DNA of 64,000 nucleotides from Yuukianura sp. NJ FZ-2021. Taxonomy: Eukaryota. The position numbers and the translations under genes are program-made. The notes beneath the pieces were generated by a model that had not been told where the DNA came from, ran no database searches, and saw only the letters and a program-made list of their open reading frames with translations. Positions 28,501 through 42,442 of the stretch are shown here, piece after piece (within the stretch, counting starts at the first letter, position 1; each line of letters starts with the position of its first letter). The stretch lies in contig CM102287.1 in the NCBI GenBank assembly GCA_046563655.1, positions 1,550,001-1,614,000 of the forward strand, given 5' to 3'.

Positions 28501-31500
28501 AATTGAGTTCTAGGCACTTTATGTGGTGATCGGACTCAAATTTTCGGATTGCAAAATTGTGATCCAACGTAGCCCAGAATGACTTCTTTGTCACTTTTTT
28601 TGCAAAAAAATTGAATTTTTTCACCAAAAATTGAGTTCTAGGCACTTTATGTGGTGTTCGGACTCAAATTATCGGATTGCAAAATTGTGATCCAACATAG
28701 CCCAGAATGACTTCTTTGTCACTTTTTTTGCGAAAAAATTGAATTTTTTGCGAAAAAATTGAATTTTTTCACCAAAAATTGAGTTCTAGGCACTTTATGT
28801 GGTGATCGGACTCAAATTTTCGGATTGCAATATTGTGATCCACCATAGCCCAGAATGACTCCTTTGTCACTTTTTTTGCGAAAAAATTGAATTTTTTCAC
28901 CAAAAATTGAGTTCTAGGCACTTTATGTGGTGATCGGACTTAAATTTTCGGATTGAAAAATTGTGATTCAAAGTAGCCCAGAATGACTTCTTTGTCCCTT
29001 TTTTTGCAAAAAAATTGAATTTTTTCACCAAAAATTAAGTTCTAGGCACTTTATGTGGTGATCGGACTCAAATTTTCGGATTGCAAAATTGTGATCCAAC
29101 ATAGCCCAGAATGACTTCTTTGTCACTTTTTTTGCGAAAAAATTGAATTTTTTCACCAAAAATTGAGTTCTAGGCACTTTATGTGGTGATCGGACTCAAT
29201 TTATCGGATTGCAATATTGTGATCCACCATAGCCCAGAATGACTTCTTTGTCACTTTTTTTGCGAAAAAATTGAATTTTTTGCGAAAAAATTGAATTTTT
29301 TTCACCAAAAATTGAGTTCTAGGCACTTTATATGGTGATCGGACTTAAATTTTCGGATTGCAAAATTGTGATTCAAAGTAGCCCAGAATGACTTCTTTGT
29401 CACTTTTTTTGAAAAAAAATTGAATTTTTTCACCAAAAATTGAGTTCTAGGCACTTTATATGGTGATCGGACTTAAATTTTCTGATTGCAAAATTGTGAT
29501 TCAAAGTAGCATAGAGTGACTTCTTTGTCACTTTTTTTGCAAAAAAATTGAATTTTTTCACCAAAAATTGAGTTCTAGGCACTTTATATGGTTATCGGAC
29601 TTAAATTTTCTGATTGCAAAATTGTGATCCAACATAGCCCAGAATGACTTCTTTGTCACTTTTTTTTGCGAAAAAATTGAATTTTTTGCGAAAAAATTGA
29701 ATTTTTTTCACCAAAAATTGAGTTCTAGGCACTTTATATGGTGATCGGACTTAAATTTTCTGATTGCAAAATTGTGATTCAAAGTAGCATAGAATGACTT
29801 CTTTGTCACTTTTTTTTGCAAAAAAATTGAATTTTTTCACCAAAAATTGAGTTCTAGGCACTTTATGTGGTGATCGGACACAAATTATCGGATTGCAAAA
29901 TTGTGATCCAACATAGCCCAGAATGACTTCTTTGTCACTTTTTTTGCGAAAAAATTGAATTTTTTTCACCAAAAATTGAGTTCTAGGCACTTTATATGGT
30001 GATCGGACTTAAATTTTCTGATTGCAAAATTGTGATTCAAAGTAGCATAGAATGACTTCTTTGTCACTTTTTTTGCAAAAAAATTGAATTTTTTCACCAA
30101 AAATTGAGTTCTAGGCACTTTATGTGGTGATCGGACTTAAATTTTCGGATTGCAATATTGTGATCCACCATAGCCCAGAATGACTCCTTTGTCACTTTTT
30201 TTGCGAAAAAATTGAATTTTTTCACCAAAAATTGAGTTATAGGCACTTTATATGGTTATCGGACTTAAATTTTTGGATTGAAAAATTGTGATCCAACGTA
30301 GCCCAGAATGACTTTGTCCCTTTTTTTGTAAAAAAATTGAATTTTTTCACCAAAAATTGAGTTCTAGGCACTTTATGTGGTGATCGGACTCAAATTTTCG
30401 GATTGCAAAATTGTGATCCAACGTAGCCCAGAATGACTTCTTTGTCACTTTTTTTGCGAAAAAATTGAATTTTTTCACCAAAAATTGAGTTCTAGGCACT
30501 TTATATGGTGATCGGACTTAAATTTTCTGATTGCAAAATTGTGATTCAAAGTAGCATAGAATGACTTCTTTGTCACTTTTTTTGCAAAAAATTGAATTTT
30601 TTCACCAAAAATTGAGTTATAGGCACTTTATATGGTTATCGGACTTAAATTTTCGGATTGAAAAATTGTGATCCAACGTAGCCCAGAATGACTTTGTCCC
30701 TTTTTTTGCAAAAAAAATTGAATTTTTTCACCAAAAATTGAGTTCTAGGCACTTTATGTGGTGATCGGACTCAAATTTTCGGATTGCAAAATTGTGATCC
30801 AACGTAGCCCAGAATGACTTCTTTGTCACTTTTTTTGCGAAAAAATTGAATTTTTTGCGAAAAAAATTGAATTTTTTTCACCAAAAATTGAGTTATAGCC
30901 ACTTTATATGGTTATCGGACTTAAATTTTCGGATTGAAAAATTGTGATCCAACGTAGCCCAGAATGACTTTGTCCCTTTTTTTGTAAAAAAATTGAATTT
31001 TTTCACCAAAAATTGAGTTCTAGGCACTTTATGTGGTGATCGGACTCAAATTTTCGGATTGCAAAATTGTGATCCAACGTAGCCCAGAATGACTTCTTTG
31101 TCACTTTTTTTGCGAAAAAATTGAATTTTTTCACCAAAAATTGAGTTCTAGGCACTTTATATGGTGATCGGACTTAAATTTTCTGATTGCAAAATTGTGA
31201 TTCAAAGTAGCATAGAATGACTTCTTTGTCACTTTTTTTGCAAAAAAAATTGAATTTTTTCACCAAAAATTGAGTTCTAGGCACTTTATGTGGTGATCGG
31301 ACACAAATTATCGGATTGCAAAATTGTGATCCAACATAGCCCAGAATGACTTCTTTGTCACTTTTTTTTGCGAAAAAATTGAATTTTTTGCGAAAAAATT
31401 GAATTTTTTCACCAAAAATTGAGTTCCAAGCACTTTATGTGGTGATCGGGCTTAAATTTTCTGATTGCAATATTGTGATCCACCATAGCCCAGAATGACT

Positions 31501-33604
31501 CCTTTCTCACTTTTTTTGCGAAAAAATTGAATTTTTTCACCAAAAATTGAGTTATAGGCACTTTATATGGTGATCGGACTTAAATTTTCGGATTGAGAAA
31601 TTGTGATCCAACGTAGCCCAGAATGACTTTGTCCCTTTTTTTGCAAAAAAATTGAATTTTTTCACCAAAAATTGAGTTCTAGGCACTTTATGTGGTGATC
31701 GGACTCAAATTTTCTGATTGCAAAATTGTGATTCAAAGTAGCCCAGAATGACTTCTTTGTCACTTTTTTGAAAAAAAATTGAATTTTTTCACCAAAAATT
31801 GAGTTCTAGGCACTTTATGTGGTGATCGGACACAAATTATCGGATTGCAAAATTGTGATCCAACATAGCCCAGAATGACTTCTTTGTCACTTTTTTTGAG
31901 AAAAAATTGAATTTTTTGCGAAAAAATTGAATTTTTCACCAAAAATTGAGTTCCAAGCACTTTATGTGGTGATCGGGCTTAAATTTTCTGATTGCAATAT
32001 TGTGATCCACCATAGCCCAGAATGACTCCTTTCTCACTTTTTTTGCGAAAAAATTGAATTTTTTCACCAAAAATTGAGTTATAGGCACTTTATATGGTGA
32101 TCGGACTTAAATTTTCGGATTGAGAAATTGTGATCCAACGTAGCCCAGAATGACTTTGTCCCTTTTTTTGCAAAAAAAATTGAATTTTTTCACCAAAAAT
32201 TGAGTTCTAGGCACTTTATGTGGTGATCGGACTCAAATTTTCTGATTGCAAAATTGTGATTCAAAGTAGCCCAGAATGACTTCTTTGTCACTTTTTTTGA
32301 AAAAAAATTGAATTTTTTCACCAAAAATTGAGTTCTAGGCACTTTATGTGGTGATCGGACACAAATTATCGGATTGCAAAATTGTGATCCAACATAGCCC
32401 AGAATGACTTCTTTGTCACTTTTTTTGCGAAAAAATTGAATTTTTTGCGAAAAAATTGAATTTTTTCACCAAAAATTGAGTTCTAGGCACTTTATGTGGT
32501 GATCGGACTTAAATTTTCGGATTGCAATATTGTGATCCACCATAGCCCAGAATGACTCCTTTGTCACTTTTTTTGCGAAAAAATTGAATTTTTTCACCAA
32601 AAATTGAGTTATAGGCACTTTATATGGTTATCGGACTTAAATTTTTGGATTGAAAAATTGTGATCCAACGTAGCCCAGAATGACTTTGTCCCTTTTTTTG
32701 TAAAAAAAATTGAATTTTTTCACCAAAAATTGAGTTCTAGGCACTTTATGTGGTGATCGGACTCAAATTTTCGGATTGCAAAATTGTGATCCAACGTAGC
32801 CCAGAATGACTTCTTTGTCACTTTTTTTGCGAAAAAATTGAATTTTTTCACCAAAAATTGAGTTCTAGGCACTTTATATGGTGATCGGACTTGAATTTTC
32901 TGATTGCAAAATTGTGATTCAAAGTAGCATAGAATGACTTCTTTGTCACTTTTTTTGCAAAAAAATTGAATTTTTTCACCAAAAATTGAGTTATAGGCAC
33001 TTTATATGGTTATCGGACTTAAATTTTCGGATTGAAAAATTGTGATCCAACGTAGCCCAGAATGACTTTGTCCCTTTTTTTGCAAAAAAATTGAATTTTT
33101 TCACCAAAAATTGAGTTCTAGGCACTTTATGTGGTGATCGGACTCAAATTTTCGGATTGCAAAATTGTGATCCAACGTAGCCCAGAATGACTTCTTTGTC
33201 ACTTTTTTGCGAAAAAATTGAATTTTGCGAAAAAATTGAATTTTTTCACCAAAAATTGAGTTATAGCCACTTTATATGGTTATCGGACTTAAATTTTCGG
33301 ATTGAAAAATTGTGATCCAACGTAGCCCAGAATGACTTTGTCCCTTTTTTTGCAAAAAATTGAATTTTTTCACCAAAAATTGAGTTCTAGGCACTTTATG
33401 TGGTGATCGGACTCAAATTTTCGGATTGCAAAATTGTGATCCAACGTAGCCCAGAATGACTTCTTTGTCACTTTTTTTGCGAAAAAATTGAATTTTTTGC
33501 GAAAAATTGAATTTTTTCACCAAAAATTCAGTTCTAGGCACTTTATGTGGTGATCGGACTTAAATTTTCGGATTGCAAAATTGTGATCCAACATACCCCA
33601 GAAT

Positions 33605-33885
33605 CAAGGTAAATAGAATACTTATAGGTACGGTCGTTGAAAATTGTTTGTTCAAAACTGAGTTGCTATGGGATTTCTTTGACTCGAGTTCACTCATTTA
33701 CAGTGTTGTTCAAAATTTTCAGCATTTTAGTCTCAATACTTTCGCCGCAAACTTAAGAATAGCTTAAAAACTCGGATGAACCTGTATTTTCACTCGGAGT
33801 GACGTCACTGTGAGTGAAATTGTAAACAGGTAATAAAGATAATAAAGAATCGGTTTTGGTCGCTAAGGCATTTTTGCCGCCCCTG
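33605..33885. mobile_element. ~282-bp MITE-like insert in satellite, copy 1
   Basis: CAAGG...CCCTG termini, flanked by duplicated satellite GCCCAGAAT (left copy mutated to CCCCAGAAT). Confidence 0.75.
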
Positions 33886-36561
33886 GCCCAGAATGACTTC
33901 TTTGTCACTTTTTTGCGAAAATATTCAATTTTTTGCGAAAAAATTGAATTTTTTCACCAAAAATTGAGTTCTAGGCACTTTATGTGGTAATCGGACTCAA
34001 ATTTTCGGATTGCAAAATTGTGATCCAACGTAGCCCAGAATGACTTCTTTGTCACTTTTTTTGCGAAAAAATTGAATTTTGTTCACCAAAAATTGAGTTC
34101 TAGGCACTTTATATGGTGATCGGACTTAAATTTTCTGATTGCAAAATTGTGATTCAAAGTAGCATAGAATGACTTCTTTGTCACTTTTTTTGCAAAAAAA
34201 TTGAATTTTTTCACCAAAAATTGAGTTCTAGGCACTTTATGTGGTGATCGGACACAAATTATCGGATTGCAAAATTGTGATCCAACATAGCCCAGAATGA
34301 CTTTGTCACTTTTTTTTGCGAAAAAATTGAATTTTTTGCGAAAAAATTGAATTTTTTCACCAAAAATTGAGTTCCAAGCACTTTATGTGGTGATCGGGCT
34401 TAAATTTTCTGATTGCAATATTGTGATCCACCATAGCCCAGAATGACTCCTTTCTCACTTTTTTTGCGAAAAAATTGAATTTTTTCACCAAAAATTGAGT
34501 TATAGGCACTTTATATGGTGATCGGACTTAAATTTTCGGATTGAGAAATTGTGATCCAACGTAGCCCAGAATGACTTTGTCCCTTTTTTTGCAAAAAAAA
34601 TTGAATTTTTTCACCAAAAATTGAGTTCTAGGCACTTTATGTGGTGATCGGACTCAAATTTTCTGATTGCAAAATTGTGATTCAAAGTAGCCCAGAATGA
34701 CTTCTTTGTCACTTTTTTGAAAAAAAATTGAATTTTTTCACCAAAAATTGAGTTCTAGGCACTTTATGTGGTGATCGGACACAAATTATCGGATTGCAAA
34801 ATTGTGATCCAACATAGCCCAGAATGACTTCTTTGTCACTTTTTTTTGCGAAAAAATTGAATTTTTTGCGAAAAAAATTGAATTTTTCACCAAAAATTGA
34901 GTTCCAAGCACTTTATGTGGTGATCGGGCTTAAATTTTCTGATTGCAATATTGTGATCCACCATAGCCCAGAATGACTCCTTTCTCACTTTTTTTGCGAA
35001 AAAATTGAATTTTTTCACCAAAAATTGAGTTATAGGCACTTTATATGGTGATCGGACTTAAATTTTCGGATTGAGAAATTGTGATCCAACGTAGCCCAGA
35101 ATGACTTTGTCCCTTTTTTTGCAAAAAAATTGAATTTTTCACCAAAAATTGAGTTCTAGGCACTTTATGTGGTGATCGGACTCAAATTTTCTGATTGCAA
35201 AATTGTGATTCAAAGTAGCCCAGAATGACTTCTTTGTCACTTTTTTTGAAAAAAAATTGAATTTTTTCACCAAAAATTGAGTTCTAGGCACTTTATGTGG
35301 TGATCGGACACAAATTATCGGATTGCAAAATTGTGATCCAACATAGCCCAGAATGACTTCTTTGTCACTTTTTTTGCGAAAAAAAATTGAATTTTTTGCG
35401 AAAAAATTGAATTTTTTCACCAAAAATTGAGTTCTAGGCACTTTATGTGGTGATCGGACTTAAATTTTCGGATTGCAATATTGTGATCCACCATAGCCCA
35501 GAATGACTCCTTTGTCACTTTTTTTGCGAAAAAATTGAATTTTTTCACCAAAAATTGAGTTATAGGCACTTTATATGGTTATCGGACTTAAATTTTTGGA
35601 TTGAAAAATTGTGATCCAACGTAGCCCAGAATGACTTTGTCCCTTTTTTTGTAAAAAAAATTGAATTTTTTCACCAAAAATTGAGTTCTAGGCACTTTAT
35701 GTGGTGATCGGACTCAAATTTTCGGATTGCAAAATTGTGATCCAACGTAGCCCAGAATGACTTCTTTGTCACTTTTTTTGCGAAAAAATTGAATTTTTTT
35801 CACCAAAAATTGAGTTCTAGGCACTTTATATGGTGATCGGACTTAAATTTTCTGATTGCAAAATTGTGATTCAAAGTAGCATAGAATGACTTCTTTGTCA
35901 CTTTTTTTGCAAAAAAATTGAATTTTTTCACCAAAAATTGAGTTATAGGCACTTTATATGGTTATCGGACTTAAATTTTCGGATTGAAAAATTGTGATCC
36001 AACGTAGCCCAGAATGACTTTGTCCCTTTTTTTGCAAAAAAAATTGAATTTTTCACCAAAAATTGAGTTCTAGGCACTTTATGTGGTGATCGGACTCAAA
36101 TTTTCGGATTGCAAAATTGTGATCCAACGTAGCCCAGAATGACTTCTTTGTCACTTTTTTGCGAAAAAATTGAATTTTTTGCGAAAAAATTGAATTTTTT
36201 TTCACCAAAAATTGAGTTATAGCCACTTTATATGGTTATCGGACTTAAATTTTCGGATTGAAAAATTGTGATCCAACGTAGCCCAGAATGACTTTGTCCC
36301 TTTTTTTGCAAAAAAATTGAATTTTTTCACCAAAAATTGAGTTCTAGGCACTTTATGTGGTGATCGGACTCAAATTTTCGGATTGCAAAATTGTGATCCA
36401 ACGTAGCCCAGAATGACTTCTTTGTCACTTTTTTTGCGAAAAAATTGAATTTTTTGCGAAAAATTGAATTTTTTCACCAAAAATTCAGTTCTAGGCACTT
36501 TATGTGGTGATCGGACTTAAATTTTCGGATTGCAAAATTGTGATCCAACATACCCCAGAAT

Positions 36562-36844
36562 CAAGGTAAATAGAATACTTATAGGTACGGTCGTTGAAAA
36601 TTGTTTGTTCAAAACTGAGTTGCTATGGGATTTCTTTGACTCCGAGTTCACTCATTTACAGTGTTGTTCAAAATTTTCAGCATTTTAGTCTCAATACTTT
36701 CGCCGCAAACTTAAGAATAGCTTAAAAACTCGGATGAACCTGTATTTTCACTCGGAGTGACGTCACTGTGAGTGAAATTGTAAACAGGTAATAAAGATAA
36801 TAAAGAATCGGTTTTGGTCGCTAAGGCATTTTTGCCGCCCCCTG
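36562..36844. mobile_element. MITE-like insert, copy 2
   Basis: Near-identical to copy 1, same monomer position, same mutated left TSD. Confidence 0.75.
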
Positions 36845-38596
36845 GCCCAGAATGACTTCTTTGTCACTTTTTGCGAAAATATTCAATTTTTTGCGAAAAA
36901 ATTGAATTTTTCACCAAAAATTGAGTTCTAGGCACTTTATGTGGTAATCGGACTTAAATTTTCGGATTGCAATATTGTGATCCACCATAGCCCAGAATGA
37001 CTCCTTTGTCACTTTTTTTGCGAAAAAATTGAATTTTTTCACCAAAAATTGAGTTCTAGGCACTTTATATGGTGATCGGACTTAAATTTTCGGATTGCAA
37101 AATTGTGATTCAAAGTAGCCCAGAATGACTTCTTTGTCACTTTTTTTGCAAAAAAATTGAATTTTTCCCTAAAAATTGAGTTCTAGGCACTAGGTGATCG
37201 GACTAAAATTTTCGGATTGCAAAATTCTGATCCACCGCAGCCCAGAAGGACTTTGTCACTTTTTTTTGCAAAAAAATTGTATTTTTTCACCAAAAATTGA
37301 GTTATAGGCACTTTATGTGGTTATCGGACTTAAATTTTCGGATTGAAAAATTGTGATCCAACGTAGCCCAGAATGACTTTGTCCCTTTTTTTGCAAAAAA
37401 TTGAATTTTTTCACCAAAAATTGAGTTCTAGGCACTTTATATGGTTATCGGACTTAAATTTTCGGATTGCAATATTGTGATCCACCATAGCCCAGAATGA
37501 CTCCTTTGTCACTTTTTTTGCGAAAAAATTGAATTTTTTCACCAAAAATTGAGTTATAGGCACTTTATATGGTTATCGGACTTAAATTTTTGGATTGAAA
37601 AATTGTGATCCACCGTAGCCCCGAATACCTCCCTTGTCACTTTTTTTTGCGAAAAAATTGAATTTTTTCACCAAAAATTGAGTTCTAGGCACTTTATGTG
37701 GTGATCGGACTTAAATTTTCGGATTGCAATATTGTGATCCACCATAGCCCAGAATGACTCCTTTGTCACTTTTTTTGCGAAAAAATTGAATTTTTTGCGA
37801 AAAAATTGAATTTTTTGCGAAAAAATTGAATTTTTTCACCAAAAATTGAGTTCTAGGCACTTTATATGGTGATCGGACTTAAATTTTCTGATTGCAAAAT
37901 TGTGATTCAAAGTAGCATAGAATGACTTCTTTGTCACTTTTTTTGCAAAAAAATTGAATTTTTTCACCAAAAATTGAGTTATAGGCACTTTATATGGTTA
38001 TCGGACTTAAATTTTCGGATTGAAAAATTGTGATCCAACGTAGCCCAGAATGACTTTGTCCCTTTTTTTGCAAAAAAATTGAATTTTTTCACCAAAAATT
38101 GAGTTCTAGGCACTTTATGTGGTGATCGGACTCAAATTTTCGGATTGCAAAATTGTGATCCAACGTAGCCCAGAATGACTTCTTTGTCACTTTTTTTGCG
38201 AAAAAATTGAATTTTTTGCGAAAAAATTGAATTTTTTTCACCAAAAATTGAGTTATAGCCACTTTATATGGTTATCGGACTTAAATTTTCGGATTGAAAA
38301 ATTGTGATCCAACGTAGCCCAGAATGACTTTGTCCCTTTTTTTGCAAAAAAATTGAATTTTTTCACCAAAAATTGAGTTCTAGGCACTTTATGTGGTGAT
38401 CGGACTCAAATTTTCGGATTGCAAAATTGTGATCCAACGTAGCCCAGAATGACTTCTTTGTCACTTTTTTTGCGAAAAAATTGAATTTTTTGCGAAAAAT
38501 TGAATTTTTCACCAAAAATTCAGTTCTAGGCACTTTATGTGGTGATCGGACTTAAATTTTCGGATTGCAAAATTGTGATCCAACATAGCCCAGAAT

Positions 38597-38878
38597 CAAG
38601 GTAAATAGAATACTTATAGGTACGGTCGTTGAAAATTGTTTGTTCAAAACTGAGTTGCTATGGGATTTCTTTGACTCCGAGTTCACTCATTTACAGTGTT
38701 GTTCAAAATTTTCAGCATTTTAGTCTCAATACTTTCGCCGCAAACTTAAAAATAGCTTAAAAACTCGGATGAACCTGTATTTTCACTCGGAGTGACGTCA
38801 CTGTGAGTGAAATTGTAAACAGGTAATAAAGATAATAAAGAATCGGTTTTGGTCGCTAAGGCATTTTTGCCGCCCCTG
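38597..38878. mobile_element. MITE-like insert, copy 3
   Basis: Perfect GCCCAGAAT direct repeat on both sides. Confidence 0.75.
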
Positions 38879-41871
38879 GCCCAGAATGACTTCTTTGTCA
38901 CTTTTTTGCGAAAATATTCAATTTTTTGCGAAAAAATTGAATTTTTTCACCAAAAATTGAGTTCTAGGCACTTTATGTGGTAATCGGACTTAAATTTTCG
39001 GATTGCAATATTGTGATCCACCATAGCCCAGAATGACTCCTTTCTCACTTTTTTTGCGAAAAAATTGAATTTTTTCACCAAAAATTGAGTTCTAGGCACT
39101 TTATATGGTGATCGGACTTAAATTTTCTGATTGCAAAATTGTGATTCAAAGTAGCATAGAATGACTTCTTTGTCACTTTTTTTGCAAAAAAATTGAATTT
39201 TTTCACCAAAAATTGAGTTCTAGGCACTTTATGTGGTGATCGGACACAAATTATCGGATTGCAAAATTGTGATCCAACATAGCCCAGAATGACTTCTTTG
39301 TCACTTTTTTTTGCGAAAAAATTGAATTTTTTGCGAAAAAATTGAATTTTTTCACCAAAAATTGAGTTCCAAGCACTTTATGTGGTGATCGGGCTTAAAT
39401 TTTCTGATTGCAATATTGTGATCCACCATAGCCCAGAATGACTCCTTTCTCACTTTTTTTGCGAAAAAATTGAATTTTTCACCAAAAATTGAGTTATAGG
39501 CACTTTATATGGTGATCGGACTTAAATTTTCGGATTGAGAAATTGTGATCCAACGTAGCCCAGAATGACTTTGTCCCTTTTTTGTAAAAAAATTGAATTT
39601 TTTCACCAAAAATTGAGTTCTAGGCACTTTATGTGGTGATCGGACTCAAATTTTCGGATTGCAAAATTGTGATCCAACGTAGCCCAGAATGACTTCTTTG
39701 TCACTTTTTTTGCGAAAAAATTGAATTTTTTGCGAAAAAATTGAGTTATAGGCACTTTATATGGTTATCGGACTTAAATTTTTGGATTGAAAAATTGTGA
39801 TCCAACGTAGCCCAGAATGACTTTGTCCCTTTTTTTGTAAAAAAATTGAATTTTTCACCAAAAATTGAGTTCTAGGCACTTTATGTGGTGATCGGACTCA
39901 AATTTTCGGATTGCAAAATTGTGATCCAACGTAGCCCAGAATGACTTCTTTGTCACTTTTTTTGCGAAAAAATTGAATTTTTTTCACCAAAAATTGAGTT
40001 CTAGGCACTTTATATGGTGATCGGACTTAAATTTTCGGATTGAAAAATTGTGATCCAACGTAGCCCAGAATGACTTTGTCCCTTTTTTTGCAAAAAAAAT
40101 TGAATTTTTTCACCAAAAATTGAGTTCTAGGCACTTTATGTGGTGATCGGACTTAAATTTTCGGATTGCAATATTGTGATCCGCCACAGCCCGGAATGAC
40201 TCCTTTGTCACTTTTTTTGCGAAAAAATTGAATTTTTTCACCAAAAATTGAGTTCTAGGCACTTTATGTGGTGATCGGACTTAAATTTTCGGATTGCAAA
40301 ATTGTGATCCAACATAGCCCAGAATGACTTCTTTGTCACTTTTTTTGCAAAAAAATTGAATTTTTCACCAAAAATTGAGTTCTAGGCACTTTATGTGGTG
40401 ATCGGACTCAAATTTTCGGATTGCAAAATTGTGATCCAACGTAGCCCAGAATGACTTCTTTGTCACTTTTTTTGCGAAAAAATTGAATTTTTTGCGAAAA
40501 AATTGAGTTATAGGCACTTTATATGGTTATCGGACTTAAATTTTTGGATTGAAAAATTGTGATCCAACGTAGCCCAGAATGACTTTGTCCCTTTTTTTGT
40601 AAAAAAATTGAATTTTTCACCAAAAATTGAGTTCTAGGCACTTTATGTGGTGATCGGACTCAAATTTTCGGATTGCAAAATTGTGATCCAACGTAGCCCA
40701 GAATGACTTCTTTGTCACTTTTTTTGCGAAAAAATTGAATTTTTTTCACCAAAAATTGAGTTCTAGGCACTTTATATGGTGATCGGACTTAAATTTTCGG
40801 ATTGAAAAATTGTGATCCAACGTAGCCCAGAATGACTTTGTCCCTTTTTTTGCAAAAAAAATGGAATTTTTTCACCAAAAATTGAGTTCTAGGCACTTTA
40901 TGTGGTGATCGGACTCAAATTTTCGGATTGCAAAATTGTGATCCAACGTAGCCCAGAATGACTTCTTTGTCACTTTTTTTGCAAAAAAATTGAATTTTTT
41001 CACCAAAAATTGAGTTCTAGGCACTTTATGTGGTGATCGGACACAAATTATCGGATTGCAAAATTGTGATCCAACATAGCCCAGAATGACTTCTTTGTCA
41101 CTTTTTTTTGCGAAAAAATTGAATTTTTTGCGAAAAAATTGAATTTTTTCACCAAAAATTGAGTTCCAAGCACTTTATGTGGTGATCGGGCTTAAATTTT
41201 CTGATTGCAATATTGTGATCCACCATAGCCCAGAATGACTCCTTTCTCACTTTTTTTGCGAAAAAATTGAATTTTTTCACCAAAAATTGAGTTATAGGCA
41301 CTTTATATGGTGATCGGACTTAAATTTTCGGATTGAGAAATTGTGATCCAACGTAGCCCAGAATGACTTTGTCCCTTTTTTTGCAAAAAAAATTGAATTT
41401 TTTCACCAAAAATTGAGTTCTAGGCACTTTATGTGGTGATCGGACTCAAATTTTCGGATTACAAAATTGTGATCCAACGTAGCCCAGAATGACTTCTTTG
41501 TCACTTTTTTTGCGAAAAAATTGAATTTTTTGCGAAAAAATTGAGTTATAGGCACTTTATATGGTTATCGGACTTAAATTTTTGGATTGAAAAATTGTGA
41601 TCCAACGTAGCCCAGAATGACTTTGTCCCTTTTTTTGTAAAAAAATTGAATTTTTTCACCAAAAATTGAGTTCTAGGCACTTTATGTGGTGATCGGACTC
41701 AAATTTTCGGATTGCAAAATTGTGATCCAACGTAGCCCAGAATGACTTCTTTGTCACTTTTTTTGCGAAAAAATTGAATTTTTTCACCAAAAATTGAGTT
41801 CTAGGCACTTTATGTGGTGATCGGACTTAAATTTTCGGATTGCAAAATTGTGATCCAACATAGCCCAGAAT

Positions 41872-42154
41872 CAAGGTAAATAGAATACTTATAGGTACGG
41901 TCGTTGAAAATTGTTTGTTCAAAACTGAGTTGCTATGGGATTTCTTTGACTCCGAGTTCACTCATTTACAGTGTTGTTCAAAATTTTCAGCATTTTAGTC
42001 TCAATACTTTCGCCGCAAACTTAAAAATAGCTTAAAAACTCGGATGAACCTGTATTTTCACTCGGAGTGACGTCACTGTGAGTGAAATTGTAAACAGGTA
42101 ATAAAGATAATAAAGAATCGGTTTTGGTCGCTAAGGCATTTTTGCCGCCCCCTG
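41872..42154. mobile_element. MITE-like insert, copy 4
   Basis: Perfect GCCCAGAAT direct repeat on both sides. Confidence 0.75.
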
Positions 42155-42442
42155 GCCCAGAATGACTTCTTTGTCACTTTTTTGCGAAAATATTCAATTT
42201 TTTGCGAAAAAATTGAATTTTTCACCAAAAATTGAGTTCTAGGCACTTTATGTGGTAATCGGACTTAAATTTTCGGATTGCAATATTGTGATCCACCATA
42301 GCCCAGAATGACTCCTTTGTCACTTTTTTTGCGAAAAAATTGAATTTTTTCACCAAAAATTGAGTTCTAGGCACTTTATATGGTGATCGGACTTAAATTT
42401 TCGGATTGCAAAATTGTGATTCAAAGTAGCCCAGAATGACTT

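Larger units (their letters stand above)
1599..42442. repeat. AT-rich tandem satellite, 128-bp monomer (125- and 148-bp variants), with higher-order repeats
   Basis: Consensus GAGTTCTAGGCACTTTATGTGGTGATCGGACTTAAATTTTCGGATTGCAAAATTGTGATCCAACATAGCCCAGAATGACTTCTTTGTCACTTTTTTTGCGAAAAAATTGAATTTTTTCACCAAAAATT. CTAGGCAC at 2561 and 2689 gives a 128-bp period. Head-to-tail, single orientation. Confidence 0.98.

Noticed and set aside
33573..33767. 64-aa ORF across the satellite/MITE junction
   Set aside because: It depends on a 1-bp deletion (GACTCGAG versus GACTCCGAG) private to copy 1.
1599..42442. CRISPR-like repeat array
   Set aside because: There are no unique spacers and no cas genes; it is a continuous eukaryotic satellite.
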